From assembly GCA_035499655.1 (NCBI GenBank), contig DATJYL010000197.1:25255-89254 (forward strand): a stretch of 64,000 nucleotides of DNA, written 5' to 3'. Shown here piece by piece: positions 55,444 to 64,000 of the stretch; within the stretch, counting starts at the first letter, position 1, and each line of letters starts with the position of its first letter. Below the pieces are notes generated by a model that saw nothing but the letters and a program-made list of their open reading frames with translations, was not told the DNA's origin and searched no databases. Origin of the DNA: Pirellulales bacterium. Lineage in GTDB: Bacteria; Planctomycetota; Planctomycetia; Pirellulales; JADZDJ01. A program made the position numbers and the translations under genes.

Positions 55444-57072
55444 TCACACAGCCAAATCGTCCCAACATGGACGCCAAAGCAGAAGCCGGGGGAAAAGAAT
55501 ATCGGCCAAATCAAGCGCGCTTCGCGTAGAGCCCTGTAAGCGTCCGGCGAATGCCGTTTCTCGAACCGTGCCGTGCCCTAATGCAAGACGAGTAAACTCC
55601 GCTCGATTCAGCGTCAAATAACTGCGGCCCAATTTGCCGCTACGCACTCGAAAACCGTGGCGTGTGTAAACCAAGCGCCATTTTGCTCCGTCCACCTGTA
55701 ATCCCAATTCGGTGTCGCGGGGCAACCCAGCCTGCTTGGCTCGGACTTCCAATTCTGGCGCTATCAGCGCCAGAAATTTGAGCGGGTCGCCAATTTTGAC
55801 CATGAACACTTCATTTTGGTCTGCTTCCTGATGGTGATACCTGCCGCCTGCGGCAACCACCAATCGATGCAATAGATGATTCGGCGGTGCATTCAGCACC
55901 AGGTCCTGCCGGTTATGCTCGATGGCGTCGCTGCAAGCCCGGGCCAGCAATTGCTGATTTGCATTGGGATGATGGGGAGTGGCAAGCAATTCTATCACCC
56001 GCTCATTTCGCAGCACAGTGTAGCCGACAATCGGAGCAATCGATTCTTCTAATTCGAGTTTGTCGGGTCCATCGAGCGCCACCAACAGCGAATCGTACGC
56101 TTTGCGTCCGACGAGCCAGCGCCAAAATGCCTCGGTGCGGTCCAAGGGCCCATAAGCGCCCAAAGTGTTTTGCCGATAAATGCGCATCAGGGCCGGCATT
56201 TCCACATGCCGCCAAAGACGAATGTTCAACGGCTTGGCCGGGCGCAAGGCCTGCTCGCTGTGCAATCGGGCCAGCACCTCGCGCGCCTTGCCTTGAGAGA
56301 AACAATGCCGCCCACACAACGCCCAACCTGCCCGATGAAAGAACCGGGGAATGCGCGTGCGTACCAGCCCCAAAACAGCACCGGCGGCGGCAATCCGCCG
56401 ATCCGCTTCGCTTAAGAGCCGTGTAGCAAACCGTTGACCGCGAAATTCCGGCAACGTACCCAGCCAATGAAAACCGGCCACGGGCAACTCCAGCTTGCCA
56501 AATAGCATCGTACGATGGGTAAGCTGCAGGTGCGATAATACTCGATAGCCGCGTTTCACCAGCAGACGGTCGGTCGGCTCATAAAATGGATCTTCCGTTT
56601 GAACATGAAATTCTTCCCGCGAAGGGCCTTGAAAAATCGCCAGCAGCGAGTGGTACACGGCCGCATGGTCACCGCTGCGTCCCAACACCAAGCGCGCTTC
56701 ACCGGTTGGCGTCGTTTCGGAAAAGACATCTTGCCTCATCAAATTAGGCAATGCGTCACCCAGCCGCGCTTGCCTGAGGGGTAAACATATCTTTTCCGCT
56801 CCTTTAGCTCCCCGGATTATCGCCGTGGGCTGATTGGCCACCGACCGAGTTTCCGCCTTCGACAGCTTGGGCCGAGTGCCCTTGGTTGAGCGTGAGGCAA
56901 GCTTTGGTTTCCCTCGGCCCGCTTCAGAGCGCAGGCTGGAAGGCTTTTGCTTAGGGTTGGCAGCGGTTGCAAGCCGTTGACGGGAACCATTCGACGACTT
57001 AACACGACGACCAGAATGTATCGCCGATGATCTCCCGTGTGATACGACCTGCAAAGTGGTCGTTCTGCTCAT
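55444..57072 (-). CDS. GNAT-family N-acetyltransferase (Eis-like multi-domain) with basic disordered N-terminus
   Basis: Acetyl-CoA-binding motif LGTLPEFRGQRFATRLL (R/Q-x-x-G-x-G/A type). Length and C-terminal region are compatible with the Eis-type GNAT+SCP2 architecture. The first ~100 aa are K/R/S-rich, so the true start may be internal. Confidence 0.7.
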   Translation of the reverse strand: MSRTTTLQVVSHGRSSAIHSGRRVKSSNGSRQRLATAANPKQKPSSLRSEAGRGKPKLASRSTKGTRPKLSKAETRSVANQPTAIIRGAKGAEKICLPLRQARLGDALPNLMRQDVFSETTPTGEARLVLGRSGDHAAVYHSLLAIFQGPSREEFHVQTEDPFYEPTDRLLVKRGYRVLSHLQLTHRTMLFGKLELPVAGFHWLGTLPEFRGQRFATRLLSEADRRIAAAGAVLGLVRTRIPRFFHRAGWALCGRHCFSQGKAREVLARLHSEQALRPAKPLNIRLWRHVEMPALMRIYRQNTLGAYGPLDRTEAFWRWLVGRKAYDSLLVALDGPDKLELEESIAPIVGYTVLRNERVIELLATPHHPNANQQLLARACSDAIEHNRQDLVLNAPPNHLLHRLVVAAGGRYHHQEADQNEVFMVKIGDPLKFLALIAPELEVRAKQAGLPRDTELGLQVDGAKWRLVYTRHGFRVRSGKLGRSYLTLNRAEFTRLALGHGTVRETAFAGRLQGSTRSALDLADILFPRLLLWRPCWDDLAV

Positions 57073-57119
57073 CGCGAATCCCTGCTGTTGGAGAAACGAT
57101 CCATCCGTTGAGCATTAAC

Positions 57120-58919
57120 TTAACCATTCGCGCCGGAGTTTTCCAGGATGGGGAGCAAAAAATTTGTCAAGTCCACTTCCGGAAACAAAGTAAATGCGTA
57201 TTCCCGCGATATTAGCAATGCTTCAGCCCGTTGTCGGTCGGCCCGCTTGGCCGCCTCCGAAGCCCACAATTCCCGCAGCGCCGCCACCGCGGGTTGCAGT
57301 GCTTCATTGACTTGACGGATGGCACGACAGCGCATTTGCGCATTATCTGGCGTTTCGACCGTTGCCAACCAGCGGCGCTTTTCAGCAACCAAGGCCGCTG
57401 TATTCTGATCTGTGGTGATGCGATCGGGGCCAGGCTGCTTCAAAAATCGCTCCGGATGAAAATACAACTCGCGAATCCGCTGACGAAGTTGAGGCACATC
57501 GTCAGTAGGAGCAGCAGAATGAGAAAGGGGCAGACGAAGTGTTCCAGACACAACCATGTACCCTGGTGGCGCCACGCCGAAGAACCGTTCGATGATGCGA
57601 TCGGTAAGCTGATCATACTTCGCCCCACCAATGCCATGCACAAATAAATCGCCCAACAGCAGCCGGGCGGCCATAGTGGTAATGAGCGCTCGGGTTCGCA
57701 AGCGAATGCCATTAGCCGAAAGCGCCGCCCACCGCTCTACGGCCGCAGCGGCATTTTCGGGGACAAGCGGCAACGCGGCTTCGAATTGTTCCCGATCGGA
57801 TAGCAACAATTCGTCTTTCCGATGTCGGACAAAAAGCCTGCGACGGCGCGGATCGGATTCCGTCCAAATCCACAGCGGCGCCTCCAGCCAGTCGTCCATG
57901 CGATCCAGCGCCGGGACCGGATGCGCTGCGGAACGCACTTTGTGTTCCCGGCGATACTCCAGAAGCGCCGCATTGTACGTTTCCCAAAATCGAGGCAAGT
58001 GGGCCAACAAATGCGCCATGAACCAACGCATAGCGGGCAAGTCGCATACCCGGCTTTGCGGAATTTCCAAGGTTTGCAACCCCCAGGCGGCTTCGCATTG
58101 ATGCCGAGCTTGCGCCAACGAAGCGCCCAAATGATTGGTCTCCCGAGAGCGTGCAACCGCCAGTGGCCAAAAACGCGCTAAAAATGGATGCGGCACCAAT
58201 GACTGCAAATGCTTACTGGCCCGATCGGCAAACGAATCGAAACACGCGCGATCCAAAATCGTCCGTTGTTCAAACGGCGCTTCTGCCGCTGCGCGATCGA
58301 AAGGCACATTTTCCAAGCGGGGCTGATCGAGGGAGCCGCTGGGCACACGCAGCGACGCGGTTTTCATCGCATCACTGTCGATTTGTAAATTGACGGCCAC
58401 CGCGCCGTGATCTTTCGCCAGTCGCGCCAGCGCAAAATTCTTAAGCCAGACGCCAGGATGAAACATTTCCGGCTGATGTCCGGCCAGAATTACGTGTCCA
58501 GGGTTGGCCGGAACCGTCGCATTTCGATAGCTGCGAGTGTAACGCAGGGCTTCCGCCAGCAGTTGTTCTCGGGCTTCACTTGCCAACTGCGTTAACCCAC
58601 GCCCTTGCACATTGTAACCGGCTTGGGCGATGGTGCGCTTGTTGAGCGACATCATTTCGCCGGCCAGCGATAGCGGAGGCTCAATCAGTTTAGCGCCATG
58701 TTCCCGCGGCGCGTTCAGCCGCGTCACCCGAGGCGACCAATCGGACCAACGGAACGTAGTCGCGTTGAAATCCTCATTATTCGAGCGTGTTTGCGGATGA
58801 TCGCCGTTCACATGTTGCCCCGGCAGGAGAGCATCGGAATGGATCAACCTGTTTCCGGCTGATTCTTCGGGGCAATTTTTGGGCCAGCATTCCCTTGCCG
58901 TAGAACAAGGGTTGCTCAC
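57120..58919 (-). CDS. Conserved hypothetical protein (possible distant BshC-like ligase fold)
   Basis: 599-aa clean ORF, 4-nt overlap with the upstream GT2 gene. The segment VILAGHQPEMFHPGVWLKNFALARLAK...NLQIDSD vaguely resembles the BshC GGQQ...GPLY...K / ..EDHD region. This is very tentative. Confidence 0.5.
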   Translation of the reverse strand: MSNPCSTARECWPKNCPEESAGNRLIHSDALLPGQHVNGDHPQTRSNNEDFNATTFRWSDWSPRVTRLNAPREHGAKLIEPPLSLAGEMMSLNKRTIAQAGYNVQGRGLTQLASEAREQLLAEALRYTRSYRNATVPANPGHVILAGHQPEMFHPGVWLKNFALARLAKDHGAVAVNLQIDSDAMKTASLRVPSGSLDQPRLENVPFDRAAAEAPFEQRTILDRACFDSFADRASKHLQSLVPHPFLARFWPLAVARSRETNHLGASLAQARHQCEAAWGLQTLEIPQSRVCDLPAMRWFMAHLLAHLPRFWETYNAALLEYRREHKVRSAAHPVPALDRMDDWLEAPLWIWTESDPRRRRLFVRHRKDELLLSDREQFEAALPLVPENAAAAVERWAALSANGIRLRTRALITTMAARLLLGDLFVHGIGGAKYDQLTDRIIERFFGVAPPGYMVVSGTLRLPLSHSAAPTDDVPQLRQRIRELYFHPERFLKQPGPDRITTDQNTAALVAEKRRWLATVETPDNAQMRCRAIRQVNEALQPAVAALRELWASEAAKRADRQRAEALLISREYAFTLFPEVDLTNFLLPILENSGANG

Positions 58920-59668
58920 GATGCGGCTCCCGAACAGACCACATGTTTACGAAATTGGGGAGGCACCTCGCCCCGCAGCGCCGCTACGCTAAGGTCAATC
59001 ACCTCCTGATAATGTCGCAGGCGGCTGTCGGAATTGTCCAGCGATCCGCCAAACGATCGGGCTTCCTCCAAATAAATCAACGGCACGGGCAGTTCCACGA
59101 TTTTGAAGTTTTGGTGTGCCGCCTGAACCCACAGTTCCAATGGCATGGCGTAGCCGGGTTCCGTGATATTCAGTTTTTCCAGCGCCGACACCCGGTAGGC
59201 CTTGAAGCCGCAAAAAGCATCGGTCAATTTCAATCCCAACCGGCAATTAATTTCAGCTGTGATGAGTTCGTTGATTTTTCGCCGGGACGCCGGTGGAGCG
59301 CTGTCCCCTGCAAATTGCTTGAGGTAGCGGCTGCCCGACACAATATCGACTCCGTCGCAGGCCGACACGAATTGCGGAATCAATCGCGGTTGATGTTGTC
59401 CATCGCAGTCGATGGTTATCAACACATCGTAATCATTGTATAGCGCAAACTGAAACGCGCTGCGCAAGGCCGCTCCATAGCCGCGGTTTTTCGGATGCCG
59501 AACCACGTGCACATCGCGACGTTGGGCCAACAATTCCGCAGTGCCGTCGATTGAGCCATCGTCGACCACTAAGACTTCGCGGCTGTAACGGAGCACTTCG
59601 TCCAGTACCCCAGCGACGTGTCGCACCTCGTTGTACACAGGCAAGGCGGTTAAAAATCGAGTGGCCAT
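58916..59668 (-). CDS. Family-2 glycosyltransferase (polyprenyl-phosphate sugar synthase-like)
   Basis: PVYNEVRHV, VVDDGSIDGT, HPKNRGYGAALRSAF, and TIDCDGQHQP (DxD region). Confidence 0.9.
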   Translation of the reverse strand: MATRFLTALPVYNEVRHVAGVLDEVLRYSREVLVVDDGSIDGTAELLAQRRDVHVVRHPKNRGYGAALRSAFQFALYNDYDVLITIDCDGQHQPRLIPQFVSACDGVDIVSGSRYLKQFAGDSAPPASRRKINELITAEINCRLGLKLTDAFCGFKAYRVSALEKLNITEPGYAMPLELWVQAAHQNFKIVELPVPLIYLEEARSFGGSLDNSDSRLRHYQEVIDLSVAALRGEVPPQFRKHVVCSGAAS

Positions 59669-59991
59669 AATACCCTGACGCGATGACTTTGAAATGCAAA
59701 TCTACAAAGCGATCTTACAAGCCTGGCAAAACTTGTGCCGCGATCAGACTGCCAACTTGTAAACTTGAGGTTTCCTACTTCGCCCTTCCCCTTTTATTTT
59801 TTGCGGCACGAACGGCAACGACCATTTTAGACCGACAATAAGACGAGTCAACGAAGCGGAATTTGGGGCGTAATCGGCAGAGTTGACACTTTTAAAAGCA
59901 TGGAAATCGAAATCTATAAGCGGCGGTTGATTGGGGCAGCCCCTTGATTTCCAGGTTTTGCTCTCCGGCCAACGCTTATGATTTGACGCGT

Positions 59992-60780
59992 TCACACCCA
60001 CTGCACAGGATCGCGCTCCGCACGACACGGCCAAACTGTTGCCGCGGGGAATTGCGCGGCAAGCATTTCCGCTAAACGTTCGACCGCAAACCGCTCGCTG
60101 GCAAAATGACCAGCCAAGATCAAGCCCATGCCCATTGCTTCGGCCGCCAGGCACGTATGGAATCGGGTCTCGCCTGTGACAAAACAATCGCAACCGGCGC
60201 GGTGCGCCGCTTCCAGCAATTCCCCGCCGCTGCCGCAAGCCACGGCCACAGCGCGGACCGGCATCTGTGCGTTGCCAACCAAGTGCACGCCGGGCAAATT
60301 AAGAAAATCTTTCAACCGTGTCGCGACGCGGCCCAACGTGGCGGAGGCTTCCGGAAACCCATACCTTCCCGCGCCCAATTTCGGATCGGCGATATCCGAT
60401 ACCAAAGGGCCGACGTCGCTCAATCCTAATCCTTCGGCCAATCGTTGATTGATGCCGGAGCGGGCCGAATCAAAAGCTGTGTGCGGACTATACACGGCAA
60501 TGCCCGCCTCGATGACTTCCAAGAGCATGCGCCCTTCGGTAGTGTCAGCGCTGATGCGTTTGAACTCTCGAAATGGAAACGGGTGGTGCGCAACAATCAG
60601 TTCGGCCTTTTCAGACACCGCCTCCTGGACGCTGTGTGGCGTGACCGTCAGGCAAGTCATGATCCGCTGCACATTACGTTTGGCATCGCCGACAAGCAGT
60701 CCCACATTATCCCACTCGGCAGCCAACCGATGGGGAGCAAAATCTTCCAAAAATGCGGCGATGGCGGAGACGGTAAGCAT
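59992..60780 (-). CDS. Nif3-family dinuclear-metal-centre protein
   Basis: LEDFAPHRLAAEWDNVGLLVGD, ELIVAHHPFPF, and the C-terminal CFVTGETRFH...GLILAGHFASE. The ATG at 60780 is preferred. Confidence 0.85.
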   Translation of the reverse strand: MLTVSAIAAFLEDFAPHRLAAEWDNVGLLVGDAKRNVQRIMTCLTVTPHSVQEAVSEKAELIVAHHPFPFREFKRISADTTEGRMLLEVIEAGIAVYSPHTAFDSARSGINQRLAEGLGLSDVGPLVSDIADPKLGAGRYGFPEASATLGRVATRLKDFLNLPGVHLVGNAQMPVRAVAVACGSGGELLEAAHRAGCDCFVTGETRFHTCLAAEAMGMGLILAGHFASERFAVERLAEMLAAQFPAATVWPCRAERDPVQWV

Positions 60781-61038
60781 GGCAACCTTGAGGATGCACC
60801 ATGCCTCGCCAATTTGCAAGCCGCCCTGGTCACAACAAAGCAGGGCATTGCTAAATGATTCCCTCTCTTCATCCTGGGCCTGATTGTGGTCTGACGATGG
60901 TGGGCCGTGCCTAAGACATTGGCCCGGCGATACTGGGCATGCAACATACAGCATGTCTATACTGACACGCGAGGCACAAGATTTTCTATTTGGCGCGCAC
61001 AGCTTGCAACTTCTGAATCATTTCGATCGTCATCAATC

Positions 61039-61821
61039 ATGCCCTCTTTGAAAATAGGCATTCATTTGCCCAGTTTACGCGTGCCGCTTCGAAGGGCTAT
61101 TCCGTTGGCAGCCAAGTTAGGGGCCGATGCCGTTGAAATCGACGCCCGCGGGCAACTAAAGCCGGCGGAACTTTCCCAAACCGCGCTGCGGCAATTGCGA
61201 AAAACGTTGGACGACCACCGGCTACGGGTATGCGCCGTTAGTTACCGCACCCGTCGTGGATATAATCTGCTGCAAGAACTTGATGCACGAATCGCCGGCA
61301 CGAAGGAAGCCATGCGGATGGCGCAGGTCCTGGGGGCCTCGGTCGTGGTCAACCACGTAGGACACATTCCGCCGGAGCCGCAAGGGCCGCAATGGAATCT
61401 CCTGCTGCAAGTGCTTGCGGATTTGGGCCGACATGGTCAGCACATCGGGGCTTTCCTGGCGGCCCAAACCGGCAGCGCTAGCCCCGCTGATCTGGCGCGG
61501 TTAATTGCCGCGTTGCCGGACGTTTCGATCGGCATTGATGTTGATCCCGGCCAACTTGTCATGAATGGGTTTAGCCCACAGCAATGCGTCGAGTTACTCG
61601 GACCGCATATCATGCACGTGCATGCCACCGATGGCGTGCATGATTTGGTCCGGCGACATGGCATCGAAGTGCCGCTCGGCCGCGGTTCGGTCGATTTTCC
61701 CGCGCTCTTGGGGGCGCTGGAAGAGCGCGGATACCGGGGTTATTTCACCATTCAGCGTAACACGGCCCACGATCCTGAATTCGAACTCGGCCAGGCCGTG
61801 AAGTATTTACGGAGTTTATAA
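61039..61821 (+). CDS. Sugar phosphate isomerase/epimerase (xylose-isomerase-like TIM barrel)
   Basis: MPSLKIGIHLPSL..., GADAVEID, VVNHVG, HVHATDG, GSVDFPALLGALEERGYRGYFTIQ. Confidence 0.8.
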   Translation: MPSLKIGIHLPSLRVPLRRAIPLAAKLGADAVEIDARGQLKPAELSQTALRQLRKTLDDHRLRVCAVSYRTRRGYNLLQELDARIAGTKEAMRMAQVLGASVVVNHVGHIPPEPQGPQWNLLLQVLADLGRHGQHIGAFLAAQTGSASPADLARLIAALPDVSIGIDVDPGQLVMNGFSPQQCVELLGPHIMHVHATDGVHDLVRRHGIEVPLGRGSVDFPALLGALEERGYRGYFTIQRNTAHDPEFELGQAVKYLRSL

Positions 61822-61928
61822 CGGCCAAGACTACTCGCCTGCGGCTGCTGCGCTGTAAACTAACTAGGCGTAAACCTCGCGAGTTGGCGTGGGATATCGC
61901 CGATGAAAATTCGACATTGGAAATCGCC

Positions 61929-62498
61929 ATGAAACGTCAATTTTCCCACTCGTCGTTAACCGCATCGTTGACTGCCGGCGCATGGTTGATTGCTGCTGCG
62001 TTGGCCACCGCTCAATGGACCAGCAAGCTTGCACAGGCAGAGGAGCCAAAAGCTGCGCCCGAAAAACCATCGGCTTTGCAAAATAATTCCGCAAACCCGC
62101 CCAACCAAGAAGAGCTGGAAAAGAAATTCCAAGACGCGCTTTCCGGCGCCACCCTGCAAGGGCACTTCACCAACAACCGTGACGAAAACGGCGCTCCGGC
62201 CAAGGAAGACAAATACTTCATTACATCGGTCTCCAAAATGCAGGGCGATATTTGGCTGTTCAATGCCCGCATCCAGTACGGAACCCACGACGTAACTTTG
62301 CCGCTGCCGTTGCGAGTGGTTTGGGCAGGCGATACGCCAGTGATCACCCTGGATAAAGTGCCCGTGCCGGGAATGGGAAGTTTTACCGCCCGAGTGATGA
62401 TTTTCGACGGCAAATATGCCGGCATGTGGGACGGCGGCGACCACGGCGGGCTGTTGTACGGCAAGATTACGAAGACAGCAGTGAAGGACGATAAGTAA
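61929..62498 (+). CDS. Secreted hypothetical protein
   Basis: Signal peptide MKRQFSHSSLTASLTAGAWLIAAALATAQW. No recognised family. Confidence 0.55.
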   Translation: MKRQFSHSSLTASLTAGAWLIAAALATAQWTSKLAQAEEPKAAPEKPSALQNNSANPPNQEELEKKFQDALSGATLQGHFTNNRDENGAPAKEDKYFITSVSKMQGDIWLFNARIQYGTHDVTLPLPLRVVWAGDTPVITLDKVPVPGMGSFTARVMIFDGKYAGMWDGGDHGGLLYGKITKTAVKDDK

Positions 62499-62559
62499 GT
62501 GCAGCGCCGGCTAACGATTTCTTGCGAAACGAGTTGAAACTCAACGGCTCGCCCGCCCA

Positions 62560-64000
62560 TTAATTGATTTTGGTGCATGGCACGTTCAGGGCGGCGGTGA
62601 TGGCGGCTTGAATGTTCTTGCTCGTCGGTTGCAGGAACCGTGCCCGCAGCCAATCTAGCACCGACAACTGCCCCAATCCGGAGCCAATGATCGTATCGCC
62701 GACTTGGCCTCCTGCGTTCACGATGTCGCCTGGGCCAACCACAATGGTGTCGATCCCCGCTGTGCCCGCGGAAAAACTTGGCAAGTGGATGGTCGGGTAG
62801 CCGGCCAAAGTTAACGAGGCGGGGGGCGCCAAATCGCCATACACCTGGTCAATGGCATTGCCTGTTCCGGCGGGAATAATTGGCGAACGGTTATTGAACT
62901 CGTAATCGGCAAACAAATAGTCGCCGCCGCCACGGCCGTAAATTTGGTCTTGGCCGGCGCCGCCGAAAATGACATCGGTTGCATCTCCGCCCACCAATAA
63001 ATCGTTGCCGTCGCCGCCATCGATCAACGACGACACATTCGTGTCGTTCACCAGCACGTCATTGCCGGCGTTGCCAAAAATTTGCAAACACTCGATGTTG
63101 TTGATTTGGATGGGTTCGCCGCCGGCCGAGCCAAACACGCCCACTAAAATGGTGTCGGGATTAGCCGTGCCGTTTATTTGCACGGTGTCCATGCCGTTGG
63201 CCGCAGGCTGCCCACCGCCGTCGAATTTCACCGTCATGAGCGGGCTAACCGGGTAGGAAGAAAAATTCACCACGAACTTGTCGCTTCCAGATCCGCTGTC
63301 GATTTCCAGCGTTTCCACGGTGCCAAAGGTAATGGTGGCGTGAGTCAGATTGCTGCGCGTAAGTGTGGTATTGGTCAGCGTATAAGTTTGGCCGACGGTT
63401 TGCCCCTGATCGTGGAAGATCAGCGAATCGCCGGGGGAGGCAGTATCGTTAGCGCTTCCGTTAATCGTCAAAGCGCCTTGTATGCCATCCAACACGCCGG
63501 TAGCACCCGTGTTGCTCCCCACGTTAATGGTATCGTCCCCGTCGTCGCCAAAGACCTGCACATTGCTGTTCAGAGCCACGTTCTGGACGTTGATGGTGTC
63601 GACATTGTTATTGCCGTGCAAAATGACCGTGCTGCCGGCCACATTTTGCTGCAAGGTGATGGAATCATTTCCATCTCCGCCGTTGACCGTAGTGCTTCCG
63701 GCCGTCGGATTGTTAATGGAAATAGTGTCTCCCGACGCGCTCCCATTCACCGTCAGCGCTTCAATACCGCTATAAGTGATGGTCTGCTGTCCGACTCGAA
63801 TCACTTGATTATTGAAAACGTTAATGGTTTCGGGACCGGCAGCGGTGGTATTACTGGTCAGTGTATCCGTGCCGCTTGCACCACTATCGGCCACGTTCAA
63901 CGGTCCCAACAACTGGTTCTGCGTGACCACGTATTGATCGCTTCCCCCCATGCCGTCCAACTTGGTCGATGCCGTAGAAGAACCCGTCACGTTCAGCGTG
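62560..64000 (-). CDS. Large secreted repeat protein with RTX-type calcium-binding nonapeptides, C-terminal part (ORF open at window end)
   Basis: GGDGNDLLVGGDATDVIFGGAGQDQIYGRGGGDYLF are GGxGxD repeats. Upstream there are T/N/G/V-rich beta-helix-like repeats (INVQNV, TINGSAND, GDDGDDTINVG). No stop occurs before nt 64000. Confidence 0.75.
   Translation of the reverse strand, partial: TLNVTGSSTASTKLDGMGGSDQYVVTQNQLLGPLNVADSGASGTDTLTSNTTAAGPETINVFNNQVIRVGQQTITYSGIEALTVNGSASGDTISINNPTAGSTTVNGGDGNDSITLQQNVAGSTVILHGNNNVDTINVQNVALNSNVQVFGDDGDDTINVGSNTGATGVLDGIQGALTINGSANDTASPGDSLIFHDQGQTVGQTYTLTNTTLTRSNLTHATITFGTVETLEIDSGSGSDKFVVNFSSYPVSPLMTVKFDGGGQPAANGMDTVQINGTANPDTILVGVFGSAGGEPIQINNIECLQIFGNAGNDVLVNDTNVSSLIDGGDGNDLLVGGDATDVIFGGAGQDQIYGRGGGDYLFADYEFNNRSPIIPAGTGNAIDQVYGDLAPPASLTLAGYPTIHLPSFSAGTAGIDTIVVGPGDIVNAGGQVGDTIIGSGLGQLSVLDWLRARFLQPTSKNIQAAITAALNVPCTKIN

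Overview
This window looks like a high-GC chromosomal segment, probably from a Planctomycetota-type genome. That assignment is an inference from PEP-CTERM proteins, a very long SecA, Kdo transferase and the general protein flavour. Most of the window is housekeeping or envelope genes: clpC, an MlaEFD-like ABC/MCE transporter, a PP2C phosphatase, an LptF/G-type permease, a histidine kinase plus NtrC-type regulator, a DEAD-box helicase, proC, trpD, copA, secA, waaA, argS, tkt, and an FHA/Ser-Thr kinase/ECF-sigma cluster. The stand-out region is an accessory island at about 16.0-22.2 kb that is visibly more A/T-rich than its flanks. It carries a tightly packed four-gene operon on the minus strand encoding a ubiquitin-like protein ending in Gly (19113-19631), an E2-like protein, a JAB/JAMM peptidase and an E1-like ThiF enzyme (16759-18156). 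This is the gene order of Bil-type (bacterial ISG15-like) ubiquitin-like conjugation and antiphage systems. The operon is divergently paired with an XRE-HTH plus ImmA/IrrE metallopeptidase module (CapH/CapP-like) and is followed by a MazF-type toxin-antitoxin pair. The island is bracketed by an ORF-free repeat-rich region and by short repeat elements in inverted orientation. Other items worth a second look are a G14 tract that forms the spacer of a candidate promoter for a PEP-CTERM surface protein, a 76-bp nested-palindrome element present twice, 7-bp-period GCNNTTA repeat arrays at three intergenic sites, and a palindromic element inserted in-frame in copA. No rRNA, tRNA, CRISPR array, transposase or integrase was recognised. 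All calls rest on reading the translations and DNA by eye; no database search was run.
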